Below are positions 48,501 to 61,500 of a DNA stretch of 64,000 bases, piece by piece (the first letter of the stretch is position 1; each line of letters opens with the position of its first letter). The notes below the pieces were generated by a model. It was not told the origin of the DNA, did no database searches, and saw only the letters and a list, made by a program, of their open reading frames with translations. This DNA comes from Azolla caroliniana. Its lineage: Eukaryota; Plantae; Polypodiophyta. Location: the NCBI GenBank assembly GCA_043228905.1, contig JBHGNT010000034.1, positions 1-64,000 of the forward strand, written 5' to 3'. The position numbers and the translations under genes are program-made.

Positions 48501-48736
48501 GATGCTTTGAAGATCAACTTGTTTTATATTTTATTTCGTTCATTTATATGTTTTTACCATTTAAATATTATGTTTTCCTCCCCTAACAGGAGGGTGTGAA
48601 AAAGTTTTCACATGATGGTACATGGGGATTTCAGTGGACTCGTATACTAGATTTTGGGCGAGGAAAGTTTCATCCAAGTCGAACTGATATTGATCTGAAG
48701 GATAAATGGCGGAATCTTGTTAAAACAATGGGATAA
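45524..48736 (+). CDS. TRF-like protein with helical N-terminus, PHD finger and C-terminal telobox Myb; exons 45524-45614, 46072-46286, 46367-46501, 46707-46829, 46979-47146, 47231-48288, 48378-48450, 48590-48736
   Basis: Spliced ORF: PWTWIFEHL..RVALRYLEE (plant TRFL-type N-terminus), PHD CHKCQKGGNLVCCNGCPIAVHKRCL..WFCPLC, Myb RRKRLPWSKEEEDALKEGVKKF..W..RTDIDLKDKWRNL. Introns are GT..AG with consistent phases. Confidence 0.88.
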
Positions 48737-49479
48737 TCTCGCACATGTTTTTGATTCAGCAATTCATGCAACTAAATTTGTACCAGTCACAACTCGTCCA
48801 GGCCCAGCTCACACTTCTGTTTGAAGGATAGCTGTTTTGTACACAGATATGTATAATAAAGGAAAACAAGTTATTTTTCCAATGTCTCCTACAGATGATA
48901 GTTGAATTTGTATACATAATTCTTATTTGTAAAGATGAGTCATGTAAAAAGCTCACACATATTTGGCTATGTATGTGTTAGCACCCTCCATAGGTATGAA
49001 TGCCTTTTTTTGTAGCGTTTTATCTTGTCAAGACCATGATACTGTTCCATTGTCATGAAATATATTCACTTTCCTTGGTGCCATGTGGAGTAAAACTGGA
49101 GTACTTGAATGATTAGATGGGTCAAAATATTCATCATTTTTATCACTGGCACTTTATGATTTTGGTCCATCTCAATATCGTTGTCCACCTCTTTTGGATG
49201 CATTGAATGAGATGTTGGTAGAAAAGTTATTTTAGACACTACCAGATAGTATTTAACTACATCAAATTAAGTGATTGGTATGTCGGGTTCCTTTTTGTCC
49301 TTAAAATTCAAGGCATTCTAGATAATTATGCGAATATAGCTTTTCTTCTCTCTTTCTGTTTGTAGCCCATGGTGTTTGATTATGTATGACTTGTTTCACA
49401 GCCATTCTTGGCCACATTTCAAACAAATAAAAGCTAAAAGCTTCGTGTTGCATCGAATTAAACCACATGCTCCACTGCT

Positions 49480-52330
49480 TGTGCGGGCCCCCGCCAAATA
49501 GAGAGGTCTAAAGACAAGTTTGATGATGAGTGGAAAGTATTACATCACCAAGCTTTTGGCTTCATTCAGGAAGGAAAGCACAAACAAGTTGTACCTAATG
49601 AAGCAATTGGTGCATTTAAGGTATCATGTGATTGAGGTCCAAGGAATCATTGACTGGTTATCATCAATGGGCATTACAATTTGCACACGAGGTCAGCTCT
49701 ACTGGTGTTTGGCTCCTTTGCTAGATGATGGCAGAGTTATTTCTCCTTAGTTCCTTTGGCATCACAATTTACGACAAGGTCAAGGCCATCACAGTTTAGG
49801 ATGAGGTCAGAGCTCTTGTGCCTTGAGAGACAGTGAAGGTAACTCAATGCAACTTAGTTCCTGCTGATTTTATTACTTGTAATTATTTGAAGACCAAGTT
49901 GATGAATGAAAATAAACTGGAAAGTGAAGGAGCAAGTCAAGAGCCAAGTATGTAAATGTTGTTGTCATTGTCACCAAAACTTGCTCCAAGTATGTAAATG
50001 TTGTTATCATTGTCACCGAAAGGGTATGTGAAGATTTTTTTGTTGAAATTTAAAGAAGAAATCATCACAAAAGCATGACAGTGATGTGATGAAGGAAGCA
50101 CTGCCTCTACAATTGGAAAATTTCTTTTTGTTGATGATTAAATGCCATCAGCCTGATGAGGAGGCAATTTGGGTGTGAGATAGTGATGCCACTGCTCATG
50201 CTGCATGTCACAAAGATTTCTTCAATTCCTACACTGCAAGTGATTTTGGAGCTGTGAAGATGGGCAATAATGAAGCAAGTTGTTCATTCAGAGACCACAA
50301 ATGGCATTGAATTGATCCTTAAATATGCGAGACATGTTGCACGTTCGAGGCTCAAAGTAATCTCAGTTCGGCAGCCTGATGATGAAGGATGTTTGAGCAA
50401 ATTTGGTGGTGAACAATACAGGCTCACCAAGTTAGCATAATAATAGAAAGGGGTAAAACAGTATCTCATATATATTACATTCAAAAATCTCTAGTTTTTC
50501 TGTCAATGTTTAGAGAATAAAAACCAAAGTGTCTGGTAGCACAAGAAACTTGGCCACATGAAAAGGGGAATGCCGCTGGTCAAGAACCTCTTGTAAAAAA
50601 TGGAGAGTCTGCATTTGAAAGAAATGTGCAGATTCTCTAGCAGGAAAATGACATTGATTTGCCTTCAAGAATCAATCATCTTCAAAGAGGACAGAGATAT
50701 TAGAGTTGATACACTGTAATGTGTGTGGACTGGTGAAGGTGGGGCCACTTGATGGTGCTAGATATGTTTTCACTGCTATTGATGATTTCTCTTGGAAAGT
50801 TCGCTATATCTTTACCTCAAAAGATCAAGTACTGGATAAGTCAAAGAATTTGAAGCTTCAATTGAATAAGATAGACTGAAAGGAAAGTCAAATGCATTCC
50901 CACTGTCAATGAAGGCAAGTATTGTGGTCTGTTTGATGCATATTGCAGGCAGAAAGGTATTAAGACATCAAATCACCCCTCCAAAAGACATACTGCAATT
51001 GAATGGCATTGCGAAGAGGATGAATAGAACATTAATAAAGTGTGCTAGATGTTTGCTGTCACATGCAAAACTACCATGATCTTATTTAAGGTGAGGTCAA
51101 TGTATGTTGTTAATCTCTCTCACCATGTTATCATTTTGAAGGAGATGTTCCAAATCAAGTTTGGTATAGTGAAGTTGTCTCTTACGATCACTTACAAGTG
51201 TTTGGAGGCAAAGCCTTTGCTCAGATTTCTCAAGATGAGAGATCCAAACTTGAGGCAAAGACACAACAGTGTATTTTTCCTGGCTATGGATAAATTTGAA
51301 GCTACAAGTTGTATGAGTAGCGAAGAAAGTTGTTAGAAGCCATGATGTCATTATCGAAGATCAAATGATTCAGGATATCAAGTAAGGCACATGCAAAAAT
51401 TCCTCAACAATATGTTGGATCTATAAATTCAAATCCAATTACCACAGTTCCAACAATCGAATAGGTTAAATATAATATTCAAATTGAAATTTATATAATG
51501 ATTCGTTCGGATGCAGGTGACAAGGATGCTCCCAAACATGAAGAACAATATCTATATGGCAGGCCAACAACCACCTGTACTAGAAGTTCCACCAGCAATG
51601 TGAAGGCAGACCATTCGCACGATACTCTTGAGATGAGTACTTGGTGCTATTATCAAATGATTCTGAACCGAAAAGCTTGACATAATCAATGGAAGATGAG
51701 CACAAAAAGAAGTGGATGGAGGCCATGTAAGAAGAGATGGATTATTTACTTGAGATTCAAACATTTGAGTTGGTGAAGTTGCCTCAAGGCAGAAGGGTTC
51801 TGAAGAACAAGTGGCCTTATTCATTCAATGAAGCAATATGAGCACTCTACATCCAAAATACAAGGCCACGCTAGTAGTGAAACGATTTAGTCAAAGAAAG
51901 GGTACTGATTTCCATGAGATTTTCTCTCCATTTATGAAGATGACATGTATTGAGTGTTCTTGACTTGGCAACATGTTTTTACTTCGAGAATGAGCAACTG
52001 GATGTGAAAATAGCCTCCCTTCATGAGAATTTAGAGAAAGAAATATACATGGAACAACCTGCAGGGCCTATAGAGAAAGGCAAGGGGGAGTGTGTATGCA
52101 AGCTGAAGAAATGTCTTTACTGCCTAAGTCGATAGTAGGAGAAGCTTGATTCATTTATGGGACAGCATGCCTACAAAAGTTGTAGTGAAGACCCATATGC
52201 ATATACTTACAGGGGTTTTCTCATGATGATTTTATTATGTTGTCGGGCTATGTCAGCGATATTTTGATTGTTGGAAAGGATGCTTCCAGGATTCCTGTGC
52301 TGAAGAAGTTGAGTCTTGGAAGAAGAATCG
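49480..52330 (+). mobile_element. Highly degenerate Copia internal region (gag-PR-INT-partial RT), no LTRs recognised
   Basis: Fragments NKLYLMKQLVHL, DFGAVKMGNN, LNGIAKRMNRTL, YKATLVVKRFSQ and EQLDVKIASLHENLEKEIYMEQP, with many stops. Confidence 0.8.
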
Positions 52331-52974
52331 ATAGAGATAGAGCCTCCAAAAAGTAGTTTAAATCACAAGAGAAACTTTACTAGTTTTTGCATCTCTTGAT
52401 CTTCTATAATACATGTTTTGTCACATTAATATTGCCTAATCACAATATTTAGTACCATGTATCCTATCAAGTGGAAATTGAGGATTTGATATGAAGTTGG
52501 TATGACAGTTTGTCTAAACCTATCAGATGGCCGAAGTCAATTATTTGCTCAACATTTTACATACATGACCTTGTGATTGTGTTATATTTGTTTTGGTAGT
52601 ATAACCATACTACATGTCATGATGGAGTTAACAATTGAAATGTTGACAAGAAGTCTTGAAAGGTTTCTCTATACCATATGATTACAAACAACAAATTGAA
52701 ATATTGGCTTGGAAGATTTTACTTATACTAGATTACAAACAACAAATAATTTAGGTATTACAAACAACAAATGATTAATTTAGGGATGTCATGTATATTA
52801 GCCTGATGGTGGAAATGTTCACAGAGGCTTTCTATATAATGCAAGTGATCATACAATATATATTTTGTAACAATTATTTGCAATGATAATGTACAATGTC
52901 TTAGAGTTGCATTTTTGTAAGTGATATGCAGACAGTGTTTTTTATTCAGGACACCCATTTTATTCACGTTTAAT

Positions 52975-53242
52975 ATGCCCATAGCTTCAATGGTTTATTG
53001 ATGGGATCACAGATATGATTTTATGACATGCTCAATAACTTCAATGGCTTGTTGATGGGATCACAAATATGATTTTATGATATGCCCAATAACTTCAATG
53101 GCTTGTTGATGGGATCACAAATATGATTTTATGATATGCCCAATAACTTCAATGGCTTGTTGGTGGGATCACAAATATAATTTTATGATATGCCCAATAA
53201 CTTCAATGACCTGTTGGTGGGATTACAAATATGATTTTATGA
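52975..53242. repeat. 54-bp tandem repeat, about 5 copies, downstream of the PPR gene
   Basis: Unit atgcccaataacttcaatggcttgttgatgggatcacaaatatgattttatgat. Confidence 0.93.
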
Positions 53243-53520
53243 AGGTTGTGCGAGAGGCAATACAGGGCTAGACATAGCTCGACGTAGGTCAACTGTCCAC
53301 TGTCCACTTATCCACAGAATCCTCTCATAAGCCATGCGTATGTGGTCATCTTACCTGCAACAACAGATATCTATCTTATTGCTTTGAAGTAGCAAATAAG
53401 ATGCCTCATCATGTGGGTCGAGTTTACTTGAAAATCAGGTAACATGTTTAAAGTGTGCCATATCCCGCATGAAATCTACAAGCACCCACCAAAGCAGCAA
53501 GGATGCATATCACATATGCT

Positions 53521-55545
53521 TTAAAGTACCACATTTGATGTCTCATCTTGATGGTTGAGCTCGCTTAACATGTGGGCTGCAAATTTGGCACGGTTAATAT
53601 CCCCATGAAGTCTACAAGCACCCAGCATAGCACACCACACTGCAGGAGTTGCTTTATAAGGCATGTCATAAATAAGATCCTCGGCTTCATCTAACCTTCC
53701 TGCACGGCCTAGTAAGTCTATCAAACATACATAATGCTCCAGCAACGGTGTCAAATTGTGGACTTCACTCATGGAAACAAAGTAGTGATACCCTTCATTT
53801 ATTAGCCCTGCATGACTGCAAGCAGAGAAAAGGCTCACAAACGTCACTTCATTGGGCTTCACATTGTCTTGCAGCATTTTCTCGTATAATCCAATAGCCT
53901 TCTTTCCATGTCCTTGTTGGGCATAGACAGTGATCATAACGTTCCAGGAAAGGAACTCCTTTGCTTTTATATGATCGAATAATGCCTGTGCCTCATCCAG
54001 CTTTCCACAATTCCCATACATGTGAATAAGTGCATGCAGGATGCCAATATTTGAATCAAACCCATAATTTGCTGCGTATCTATGAATTAGCATGCCTTTT
54101 GGCAAAACTTCCATGTCAGCACAAGCACTCAGAATGCTTGTAAATGTGGCCTCATCTGGATGTAAATGTTCATTTTGCATTTTATCGAACATCTCAAGAG
54201 CTCTCTCTCCTTGATGTTGCCTCACATAGCATGCAATCATTGCATTCCAACACACTATATCAGGTATCGCAATCTTATTGAAAATTTCACGTGCATCCTC
54301 AGATGAACCACAATTACCATACATATTTATAAGAGCTGTTGCAACTAGCATATCATTTCCATCCCTACCTTCGGACATATATATACATTTGTGAATGTTC
54401 TTCCCCACCGACAAAGCTTCCGAAGAAATACATGCACTCAAAAGGTTGAGAAAGGTGATGCGTGTTGGCTTCACGTTAGCATCTTGCATCTCCTGGAATA
54501 TAACAAAGACCTCTACAAATTGCCCTTGTTGCGCATATGCAGAGATAATGGAATTCCAGGAGACTACATCACGAAACTTCTCCATAGTATCAAATACCGA
54601 CTGGGCATCATGTAAGGCACCACACATAGCATACATATGGATAAGTGTATTCATCACTTCAGTATCAAAATCCAATCCATGCTCAACAATCAATCGATGG
54701 ACATGTCTTCCGTCAATTATTTGGCATACATTTGCATATGCCGTGAGACCATTAATGAATGTACTCTTGTCTAGCATGATATTTCTTTCTTGCATCATTT
54801 CAAACAACTCCCCTGCCTCTCTACTGCATTCTTCTGTATCATACGCAGAAATCAATGCATTCCAAGAGATAGTGTCATGGACAGGCATACTATTAAACAT
54901 TCTTCTAGCTGCCTCAAGATCCCCACACTTACCATACATATTGAGAAGCGAGGTCCCAAGAACCTCTTCTACATAAATGCCATACTCCACGAGGTCTGAA
55001 TGAAGTAATCTGGCATCATCTAATGAAGCAAGGTTACCACAAGCAGTTAAAACACTCACGAAGACAACATTGTTAGGCTGGAATCCCCATTGAATCATTT
55101 CTTTGTAAAGGGAAAGAGCTGTATTGCTCTGGCTGTGTTTATTACAAACAGAGATCATAGCACTCCATGACACCATTGTACGGTGAGGCATATGATCAAA
55201 CACATAGCATGCTTCTTTAACAAGGCCATATCTGCCATACATGCTGATAAGAAGATTAGCCACGAATGTGTCTGAATCAAGACCGGATCTGACAACACAG
55301 GCATGGATGAATTTACCTTCAAGGGGAGGAACGTTTTTCTGGAGGAGCAATGAGATGCTTTCTCTGTCCAGGATATCAGTTCTGGATGTGAGGGTTTGTT
55401 CTGCCGACGAAGCGAGTGAGGATTGATCGAAAGGTAAAGTGGTTCGACGAGGGATCGAACTAGTTCGTTGAGAAAGAGTCGGAGAAGGCCATGGAAGGGC
55501 TTGGACAGCCGCAGGGGCATAGAAAGAGCTGACCAGAGCTTCCAT
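53521..55545 (-). CDS. PLS-class pentatricopeptide repeat protein, E subgroup without DYW; probable organellar RNA-editing specificity factor
   Basis: Intronless 674-aa ORF with a Ser/Pro/Thr-rich transit-peptide-like N-terminus, repeated MYGKCG / VSWNALI / P..VTF motifs, SACSHAGLINEG, HYVCLIDLLGRAG and E motif WCAMLGACRLHG. Confidence 0.93.
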   Translation of the reverse strand: MEALVSSFYAPAAVQALPWPSPTLSQRTSSIPRRTTLPFDQSSLASSAEQTLTSRTDILDRESISLLLQKNVPPLEGKFIHACVVRSGLDSDTFVANLLISMYGRYGLVKEACYVFDHMPHRTMVSWSAMISVCNKHSQSNTALSLYKEMIQWGFQPNNVVFVSVLTACGNLASLDDARLLHSDLVEYGIYVEEVLGTSLLNMYGKCGDLEAARRMFNSMPVHDTISWNALISAYDTEECSREAGELFEMMQERNIMLDKSTFINGLTAYANVCQIIDGRHVHRLIVEHGLDFDTEVMNTLIHMYAMCGALHDAQSVFDTMEKFRDVVSWNSIISAYAQQGQFVEVFVIFQEMQDANVKPTRITFLNLLSACISSEALSVGKNIHKCIYMSEGRDGNDMLVATALINMYGNCGSSEDAREIFNKIAIPDIVCWNAMIACYVRQHQGERALEMFDKMQNEHLHPDEATFTSILSACADMEVLPKGMLIHRYAANYGFDSNIGILHALIHMYGNCGKLDEAQALFDHIKAKEFLSWNVMITVYAQQGHGKKAIGLYEKMLQDNVKPNEVTFVSLFSACSHAGLINEGYHYFVSMSEVHNLTPLLEHYVCLIDLLGRAGRLDEAEDLIYDMPYKATPAVWCAMLGACRLHGDINRAKFAAHMLSELNHQDETSNVVL

Positions 55546-58500
55546 GGAAGCTTCCTTTAGCTAAGTTGTATTGGAACAATCTTCCATCCAATATCTACAT
55601 ATCTATCTGTAGGAAGTAATATACATAATGATAGCAATTTGATCATTTACTCAACACTTGGACCAAAGTTACTGGGACCGACCAATCGACACACCCAGAT
55701 ATCATGTCAAGGGCGCACACACACAAACACAAAGCCATGTACGTACGTATGGTACATACGTAGCTTGGGTGCTTGTGGTCCGTGGAAGTTGAATCCAACA
55801 ACTTACATTTGTTTGATTGAACACATGTGTCCATTCTCGACCACCTCTCCTCCCTTTAAGACCCTTGACACATAATATGAGAATCAAAGTTTTTCCTTCT
55901 TTGGGTTGGAAATGGCAAGGGCATGCCATGGGTTCAGACAGATGATGCCCATTGGAGAATACAACCATATCTTTTGGACTAAGAGGACCTTAGTGTACAT
56001 ACATGAATGAACATTGTGTGAGAGGTGTACTTCCAAAACGTTGTCAAATCAATTCTAGAAAAGCTTCATCATCCCCTTTTCCTTACATGGTTGTTGCTTC
56101 TTCATCAAACGGACGGTAAACTCAAAATCCAACAACATTCGAGAGTGTGAAAGCACAAATGGCGTAATGATGCATGTTTCGACTCAGGGGGGGGGAACCA
56201 ACTCTCGTATCTTGACCATACCATACCTTCTTGGCACCAAAGTGTCAATGAATGTCACAGGTGGAGGTGGCTTACCGTGTCCGAATCCAATGTATGTATT
56301 GTTCGAGCGAGTGAAGAGGATGCATCTGGACCCATTACATTTTCATTTGTATTTGAAATACGGTCCTCTGACCCACCAGCCATATCTGTGTGTCTGTAAA
56401 TTGTAATATATATGGTACTGGTGGGGTATATGAATGCAGAGCATTTTACATTAAATGATACAATGGTGATCTCGTGTTCCCACAACAATTCTCTTTCTCT
56501 TTCTCCTTCTCCTTCTCCTTCCTTTGTTGCAATTCTTTAATCCGTCCCGGTGTGCCGAAAAGATAATCACCGTGAGCCTCGCGAGCATGAGGAAATTGAA
56601 GCGCCTGTATCTCCTGTGGGCTCAGATCTGGTCGTGATCATCAGTCAGGTATGCTCACTCTTAACTTCCAATTAGATCAAAACGTTTCCTATCAGACTTG
56701 TCCAGGACTCTTTGGTTTTCTTATCCATTTTCAGTAAAGAGAGGCTTCTGACATCTCCTGCTTGAGATAGATAGATAGAGTGAGTGAGTGAGTGAGTAAG
56801 TGAGAGAATTTCACCGAGAGATCAATCGTGGCTCCCAATCTCTAATAAGAAGGAAACAAACGAAAAGAAGAGAAATAGAAAAGAGGATAGGGAAATTGCA
56901 CGCGAGACCAAACTTCAAAAAAGCTACCTTTCAAACTCACTGCTACAATTGATGCCTGACAATGAAATGACCCAAGAGACCAACGAATTACATTCGAATA
57001 CAATCTATACTGTGCCTCATAACTAGGGTAAAAGGAAACAACACTACGCCTACTGCAAATACTTATGAGACCAAAGAAATTCCAACCAAGTGAAACATAA
57101 TTCACCATCTAATAAGAACAGGGGAAGGGAAAAGTAAACCGGGCCTAACATGAATACCTATGACACCAATGAAATCGTATCGCAGAGAGATTCGATCTAA
57201 AGTCTAAGGAGGAGAAAAAAAAATTACATCACAATAGGATCTGATACAATGTCTGGTAACAAGTAACTTGATTGGGTGTCAATATATGAGGAATAGTATG
57301 AGGTGAGTGAGAGGATGGTGATACTGCCAATGATTATTGGAGATGTTCAGTGAGATCCACACAGTGTTCATTATCTTAATGGCTAAACCCATTTTCAGTA
57401 GTAGATCCGTTATTTCTATGCTAACCTCTCGCCTATCAAGTCTTCAAGGGCAATGGTCTGCAGTAGTTTGCCTGCATATTGGCATGGCTGTTGATATCCA
57501 TGCAGGGGTAATTATCTTAATGGATAAACTCGTTTATGGTTGTAGTCCTTCGTTTTTCTGCCAACCTTTTGTCTTTCAAGTCTTCGAAGACAATAGCCTG
57601 CAGTTTGGCCACCTGAGTATTCAGTGGCTCTTGATATCCACTCAGGGCTCATTATCCTTGTGGCTAAACCCCTGTTTTGGGTTAGATTCTTCATTTTTAT
57701 GCCAACATCTTGGCTTTCGAGCCTTCCACGGCAATGGCCTGCAGTGTGTCCATTTGTGTAGTAAACGAATGTATAGTGGGGGTAAAGGGTTCAAAGTGTA
57801 GGCATCTGAACCTAAGCCTAAAGAACAGGACCAGGATCAGTGTGTATGCCAGGCATGGCCTAGAATGGATATGTACTGGATGGCAGGGTGGGAAATTGGT
57901 ATCGTCTTATGTTCACATGGATTCAAGTACTACAGCTTTGTTGCTGTCCTTCCGCCAATATTATAGCTCTTCAATCTTATTTTTCCCATTAAGTACGGTT
58001 GGAATGCTCTGAACTTTTGAATATGTCCATTCAGTGTTGTGTACTGAATTCATCTTTCTTTATGAATCACAAGCTTGTCTGTTGCTTTGGTCAGAAGAAC
58101 TCACCTATGTAGATTTCAATGCGATAGGGTTGCGAACGGTTTATCAATGTAAGTGTCAAAGTAGGTTCGGGTGAAGAGTGTGTTTGTTCCAAGTGGTTTG
58201 CTGTACATTATGAATGACACTGCTTGATATGTAAGGCAGGTATGGCAGTACCAGAACAACAACCTGTTGAGAATGATATGTTATTGCACCAAGTAGTGCT
58301 GAATGAACACGGTGCTTTCTTTCTCCTTTTGCCCCTTATTTGTGGGCTGATTACTCTACTTTTGTACTTGTTTTCGGTGAGTAATAAGTTTTTTAGCTTA
58401 TAGTGAAATATCTCATGTGATATGTCCCAGTTAGTGGGACATTGCTGCTGCCAAGCTTGCGATTTTTATCATCCACACTCTTGCTGTAATTTTTACAGCA

Positions 58501-58572
58501 AATTTTCTCTTGGGACAGAAATACATTCTTCAGAGATAGAAGTCAAGCTTGTCAGTTGAAGCCCAAGCTTCC

Positions 58573-61500
58573 ATGTCCTCCAGGTAATATTTCTTACCAT
58601 GATTTGTTTAATCGATCAAACAAATAAAAATGGGGATGAAGTTTCTTTAGCATTTGTGCTAGCATGAAGAGGGAATCAGGCTATTGCACCTTTATGGAAA
58701 AGACTCCACAATTATTACCATTTCTTTTTCAGTCATTTTCATGTTACATAGTATACCATCAAAGATTTGCGTCAATGACCTGGTAGCTTGTATGGACCAA
58801 ATGGTAGTTGAGAGGTGCAGAGCTATGTCTATATTCTTCAGTTTTATCTACACAATTAACTAATATCGAGTATGTAAACATCTTTAACTCAAAATATGGA
58901 GAGCTACAAAGTGGCATCTATATTGTTCTGTTGTATCTTCAAAATTAACTAATATTGGGTGCTGTAAACATCTTAAAATCAAAATAGCATTCATATTCTT
59001 AATTTAATCCATAACTTATATGCTAGAATTCTTCCTAGCATGACATAGTTGTATGGCGTAAATCTTTAGTTTATCATCCTAAATCAAATGCCAAACAGTC
59101 AAAACTAAAATTACTTCTGTCACCTTACCTTTTTATTGTATCCATGGCCCATGGTAAATGCCCATGGGAATATCCCTAGAAATTTAAATTAATGACATTT
59201 GTGTTGTGAAGTTATTGTAATTTCCATCATTTGTCATAGAGCTACTTAAAGTTGAAAGGGACTTATCTCAATCCTACAAGTTTTGTTTCTTTTTTCTATG
59301 GATATAAAACTACTTTAAAAGTTATGAAATTATCTTTCACATATTGCAAAGGTGTCTGAATGGCCAGTTTAACCAAAACATTTATCACTGCTTTATACAC
59401 TCTGACCACAACACTGATAACTACCCAAAAGAAAACAATGATTTTGGAAATTTGATTAGGTACTTTCCTCTAACAGAATTATTTTCACTCTTTTGTAACT
59501 GTTGGGAGCTTTTGTGAGGATGCTTTTGCAGCTTCCCCTGTTTTTATGTTCATACAGGGTAAAAACATGTTATATTTACTTAAGCAGAAGGTAAAGTCAT
59601 ACCTCGTTAGAACTTCTTGAACTATAGAAATTTACAGCTGATCTTTCCGTTTTTATACACTGATGGAAATTACTCTAGTGCATAGAGCTTTCTGTGCCCA
59701 AAAATGTTTTGGAACTCTGAAGCTATTTTAGGTTTTGGAAGCTAGTTGTCCTATAAATGTCCACTTGGATCCTGTTGGAATCAAGATGCTCAAAAGACAG
59801 AATTTTTGAATGTTGAGAATTTGTCTTTTCTGGTGTCTTTAGACAACTGATTACAATGGTCTTCTATTTTTAAAATAATAAACATGTGTGATTTGTTTAA
59901 TACAAGATGGTATGACATTGTATAGTATGCTTTTGTGTTGCAGAAACAGACAAACAACTTCCTATAGTTGAAGAGCTTGCAAAACTTGCAGTAAGGACGC
60001 AGAGCCAAAGGTATCCTCACTGTGCATGCTATTTTACATACTATTTACGCATTCATGGTTTGCAATGTATATAGTAATCAGCAATGGTTTTGTTTATTTT
60101 GTGAGTCTCAAACCCAAACCATTTCAAACCAAATTGTTCTAATTTTAAAACTTAAACCAAACCGCAAAACCTTTAAACCAAAACAGTTCAAACCAAACTA
60201 TTTGAGGAATTTTCAAGCTCAAACCAAACGTCTCAAGAGATCTACTGTTAAGCTGTTGATCTACGGTTTCACAGTTTGGTTTCAGCTAAAACCAAGTTAT
60301 TGGGGAATGTACACTTAAAAGAAAACTAAACTGTAAATGAATTGTTTGGCCTCAAAGTTCGAACTTAATAATACATAGTACATATTACATAATTTATAAT
60401 GTTAATTTAATTAATATTTCAAAAATGTCCTCCCAAGTCATTAAGCTGTTAAGCCAATAAAGGCTCAAACAAAACTGTTTACAAATTTACAAACCTGAAT
60501 CAATCTGAACCTGTTTACCCATTAAGCCGCCATTTCACCATTTCATTCAGCTACACCTAACCGTTGCTGATTCCTAAATATAAGTAAAGAATTATGATCT
60601 CTCTTCACATCAACTTGATGGAAAATGGAGTTTTTGAATGTTTCATATCCCATATACATGCTTTTGATCGTCTACACATGTTCAAGAATTTGCATACTTT
60701 TTTACCAAAGGTGGCCACACATGACCAGGTGATGTAGTGGATCTGTCAAGGCTCTGCCACGAGTGAAGCCACAAACATGTGTGCACCATGCACATGCCCT
60801 TTTTGCTTAAGGTTGAAGGGGTTGCCAATCCTATATACTTGGACCTAAGGAGGGGCATTAGCAAACTAAACATTGACTGGGAGGAGAATTTACAGCTCTC
60901 CCTCCCTGCAACTTAATGCATTGCTTTATAACAGCAATTCTATGCAGAGAACAAATGTTGCATAATTGGATTTACTATCTTTTCATGCCTGTCCATAAAT
61001 ATTCTAAGCTGTGGACTGGGAAAGGCTTTGAGTTAAGCTATTAAAGAACCAAATCTGATTTTTCATCAGGTCTAGTGGTCTTGGAGATGACTCGGAGATA
61101 ATTCAACAGAAAATTCGAAATTGTGAGAAGGAAAACATTAATTTGCAAATCGAACTCCTAGAGCTCTATGCAATCAAGGTAAACAGGTGATGTTTAATTT
61201 CAAATAAACAGATAATTTTCTAGATTTAATGCTTGATGAGTGTGGCTTGCAGAAGAAACTCGCAGAGCTATTAAAGGTAGAAGTTGAAAAGGTATGATTG
61301 GTTCTGGTTTGGCCTCCAAATAAAATGAATACTACATGTTTATAGAAGTATTTTAAAAGCAGAAATACATTTGTGGCAGAGTTCTGGTTTAAAAAATGAT
61401 TTGAAAATAATCCAAAGTAGTGAAGTTACTATTATTTCAGATAAAAAGCATTTGACATTAGAGGTGACCTGGAAAAATTGTACATGCTTTTGCCTTAAAA

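Noticed and set aside
55880-56420. Possible coding or transposon remnant between the PPR and MEE13-like genes
   Set aside because: No recognisable motif in any frame.
56840-57980. Possible LINE ORF1 remnant in the first intron of the coiled-coil gene
   Set aside because: Too degenerate to assign without a search.
60080-60560. AAACC/GGTTT-rich segment suggestive of a MITE
   Set aside because: No terminal inverted repeats or TSD could be defined.
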